A stretch of 56,748 bases of DNA from Thermoplasmatales archaeon SW_10_69_26 (GTDB lineage: Archaea > Thermoplasmatota > SW-10-69-26). The position numbers and the translations under genes are program-made. The notes under the pieces are model-generated. The model ran no database searches, was not told where the DNA came from, and worked only from the letters and a program-made list of their open reading frames with translations. Position 1 is the first letter of the stretch, and every line of letters begins with the position of its first letter. The stretch covers positions 1 to 56,748 of the forward strand of contig PXUB01000041.1 of the NCBI GenBank assembly GCA_003009755.1. The letters are read 5' to 3'. This document shows, piece by piece, positions 54,358-56,748 of the stretch.

Positions 54358-55872
54358 GTGTTGACAGCGACGGTGTTCGACAAGGTCCTCATCGCGAACC
54401 GCGGCGAGATCGCGGTTCGCGTCATCCACGCCTGCCGCGAGATCGGTGTCTCGACGGTCGCCGTGTACTCGGAAGCCGACGAGGACGCGCCCTTCACCCG
54501 CCTGGCGGACGAGGCGGTTCCGATCGGCGGAATGTCCCCGGCCGACTCTTACCTCGACCAACAGGCGATCATCGACGCCGCCGAGGACACGGGCGCCGAA
54601 GCCATCCACCCGGGCTACGGGTTCCTCTCCGAGAACCCGACCTTCTCCCGGGACGTCACCGACGCAGGCCTCACGTTCGTGGGCCCCTCCGCGGACGCCA
54701 TGGAGGCCATCGGCGACAAGGTCCAAGCCCGCGAGACGGCTCAAGAGGTCGGCGTCCCGACCAGCCCTGGAAGCGAAGGCGGCGTCGCCGATCCCAAGGA
54801 GGCCGAGAAGATCGCCCGCGAGATCGGGTTCCCGGTCCTGTTCAAGGCCGCCGCCGGCGGCGGGGGGATGGGCATGCGCCGCGTGGACGACCCCGACGAG
54901 CTGCGCCCGGCCTTCGAGGAGGCCAGCCAGCAGGCCGAAAGCGCCTTCGGCGACGGCCGCCTGTTCGTCGAGAAGTTCCACGAGCGGCCGCGCCACATCG
55001 AGATCCAGCTCGTCGGCACCGAGGACGGAGCCATCCACTTCGGCGAGCGCGAGTGCTCGATCCAGCGCCGCTACCAGAAGCTCGTCGAGGAGGCCCCCAG
55101 CCCGGCCGTCGACGCCGAGCTGCGCGAGGAGATGGGCCAAGCCGCCTGCCGCCTGGCCGACCAGGTCGGCTACCAGAACGCCGGCACCGCCGAGTTCCTG
55201 CTCACCGAGGAGGGCTTCTACTTCAACGAGGTCAACGCCCGCCTGCAGGTCGAGCACACCGTGACCGAGATGGTCACCGGCATCGATCTCGTCAAAACCC
55301 AACTGCGCGTGGCCGCCGGCGACGATCCCGAAGTCAGCCAGGACGAGGTCGGCTTCCGCGGGCACTCGCTCGAGCTGCGCATCAACGCCGAGGACCCGCT
55401 GCGCGACTTCGCGCCCAACCCGGGCACGCTGTCCGCCTACGAGGAGCCCGAGGCCCCCTTCGTCCGCGTCGACAGCGGCATCGAGGCCGGCGGCGCCATC
55501 CGGCAAGAGTACGACTCGCTGATCGCCAAGCTCATCACCTGGGGCCGCGACCGCGAGGAGTCCCGCGCCCGTGCCCTCAACGCCCTGCGCGGGTTCGAGG
55601 TGGACGGCGTCCCGACCACGATCCCCTTCCACGTCGCCGTGCTCCAAGAGGAGAACTTCGTGAACGGGAACCTCACCACGAACTACCTCGACGAGGTGCC
55701 CGTCCTCGACGAGGTGCAAGGCAAGGCCGACGACGAACAACGACGGAGGGGTGCGCGCGTGGCCGCGATCGCCGCCGCCCTCGAGCAGACCGGCGGCCTG
55801 TACGCCGTCGCCCAACAACGACCGCTCGAAGGGGCCGAGCCGGCCACCTGGACCCAGGAGGGTCACCGATGA
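54358..55872 (+). CDS. accC: Biotin carboxylase subunit of acetyl/propionyl-CoA carboxylase
   Basis: KVLIANRGEIA.R, IHPGYGFLSEN, KAAAGGGG.GMR, RHIEIQ, RECSIQRRYQK, EVNARLQVEH.VTE, RINAEDP, YDSLIAKLI. Confidence 0.95.
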   Translation: MLTATVFDKVLIANRGEIAVRVIHACREIGVSTVAVYSEADEDAPFTRLADEAVPIGGMSPADSYLDQQAIIDAAEDTGAEAIHPGYGFLSENPTFSRDVTDAGLTFVGPSADAMEAIGDKVQARETAQEVGVPTSPGSEGGVADPKEAEKIAREIGFPVLFKAAAGGGGMGMRRVDDPDELRPAFEEASQQAESAFGDGRLFVEKFHERPRHIEIQLVGTEDGAIHFGERECSIQRRYQKLVEEAPSPAVDAELREEMGQAACRLADQVGYQNAGTAEFLLTEEGFYFNEVNARLQVEHTVTEMVTGIDLVKTQLRVAAGDDPEVSQDEVGFRGHSLELRINAEDPLRDFAPNPGTLSAYEEPEAPFVRVDSGIEAGGAIRQEYDSLIAKLITWGRDREESRARALNALRGFEVDGVPTTIPFHVAVLQEENFVNGNLTTNYLDEVPVLDEVQGKADDEQRRRGARVAAIAAALEQTGGLYAVAQQRPLEGAEPATWTQEGHR

Positions 55873-56342
55873 ACGTGACGCTCGTGCTCGACGGCGAGAC
55901 CTACGACGTCGACGTCGAAGCCACCGACGAGGGCACCTACAGCGTCCAGGTCGGCTCCGAACCCTTCGAGGTCACCCTCGCCGAGGAGGGCGAGGGCGTG
56001 GTCTGCTCCGTGGACGACGTCCGGCACGAGATCCTCCGCCGCGGCCGCTCGCTCGTCGTCGACGGCGAACCGGTCGACGTCGGCGTCCGCGAGCTCGCCC
56101 AAGCCAGCATGGGCGCCGGGGCCGGGGCTGGCGGCGAGGTCACACCCCCGATGCCGGGCGAGATCGTCGAGATCCTCGTCGACGAGGGCGACCAGGTGCA
56201 AGCCGGCGACAACCTGCTCGTCCTCGAAGCGATGAAGATGCAGAACGAGATCACGGCCCCCGGCGACGCGACCGTGGAGGAGATCCTCGTCGACGAGGGC
56301 CAGGCCGTCGAAGCCGAGGACGTCTTGATCGGGCTCGGCTGA
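55869..56342 (+). CDS. Biotin carboxyl carrier protein
   Basis: V..PMPG.I..I.V..GD.V..G..L..LEAMKMQNEI.AP; ATGA overlap with the biotin carboxylase. Confidence 0.93.
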   Translation: MNVTLVLDGETYDVDVEATDEGTYSVQVGSEPFEVTLAEEGEGVVCSVDDVRHEILRRGRSLVVDGEPVDVGVRELAQASMGAGAGAGGEVTPPMPGEIVEILVDEGDQVQAGDNLLVLEAMKMQNEITAPGDATVEEILVDEGQAVEAEDVLIGLG

Positions 56343-56411
56343 TCACGCCGACGCCGAGTCGGGACGCGCCAGGCGACTCGTCGATCTCGAGACCCGGCGT
56401 CCCTCCGCCCA

Positions 56412-56748
56412 TCGGGGGAGTCAGGTGGGCTCGTGGTCATCCGAGCATCGGGCCGGGCGGTGGGTGTCGGCCAGCGATGCTCGGACTTCGTACGAACCTC
56501 GCGAGGCTCGGTTCGTACTCGTTCGGGACGGCGGAGCCGGAAGGCGAAACCTCGGAAGCCTCTGGCTCGGCGGTCGTTCAGTGGAGGCTGGCCGGGCCTG
56601 CCAGTTCGGAAGACGTGTTCCTCGTTCGGATCTGGACTCGGGGGAGTCAGGCGGGCTTGTGGTTATCCGAGCATCGGGCCGGGCGGTGGGTGTCGGCCAG
56701 CGATGCTCGGACTTCGTACGAACCTCGCGGGGCTCGGTTCGTACTCGT
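56412..56748. repeat. Tandem 226-bp hairpin-rich repeat (second copy cut by the window edge)
   Basis: 56412-56522 recurs at 56638-56748 with 4 substitutions; stems 56440-56450/56475-56485 and 56490-56498/56510-56518 joined by CTTC. Confidence 0.9.

Noticed and set aside
258-56440. Many long overlapping or antisense ORFs in the track (e.g. 258-1706+, 8297-10738+, 17986-20112-, 26355-28685+, 44694-47102+)
   Set aside because: Shadow frames of real genes in high-GC DNA; Arg/Pro/Gly-rich or antisense-codon patterns without motifs.

Overview
High-GC archaeal chromosomal segment with strongly acidic proteins. The archaeal markers (Rpp21, eS1/S3Ae, EndA, Dph5, ApgM, archaeal-type tRNAs) and overall gene content suggest a halophilic euryarchaeon, possibly Thermoplasmatota; this is inference, not a database match. 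Housekeeping genes include tmcA, pyk, purSLQ, endA, trm5-like, dph5, ychF, apgM, rps3ae and a biotin carboxylase/BCCP pair. There are three tRNAs: Thr-GGU, Glu-UUC and Thr-UGU. Several large secreted or surface proteins and an RND/MMPL transporter are present. Three small decayed accessory patches occur: IS110 remnants around a DUF433/DUF5615 toxin-antitoxin pair (6.0-8.45 kb); a LigD-polymerase relic plus an MNT-HEPN pair next to tRNA-Thr(UGU) (32-34.3 kb); and a paralog remnant, an unannotated 6-Cys secreted peptide gene and an IS6 relic (50.2-51.75 kb). The main unexplained signal is a family of non-coding three-hairpin modules (stem-GA-stem-GAA-stem). Architecture and linkers are conserved while stem sequences co-vary. 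Modules start at tRNA 3' ends, occur as tandem units, and recur at the right edge of the window. Other candidates are an IS110 bridge-RNA-like leader, a ubiquitin-like SAMP with a tail after its GG motif just upstream of tRNA-Glu(UUC), an Hsp20 with a long Q/P-rich domain, and a CTAG-bounded MITE.
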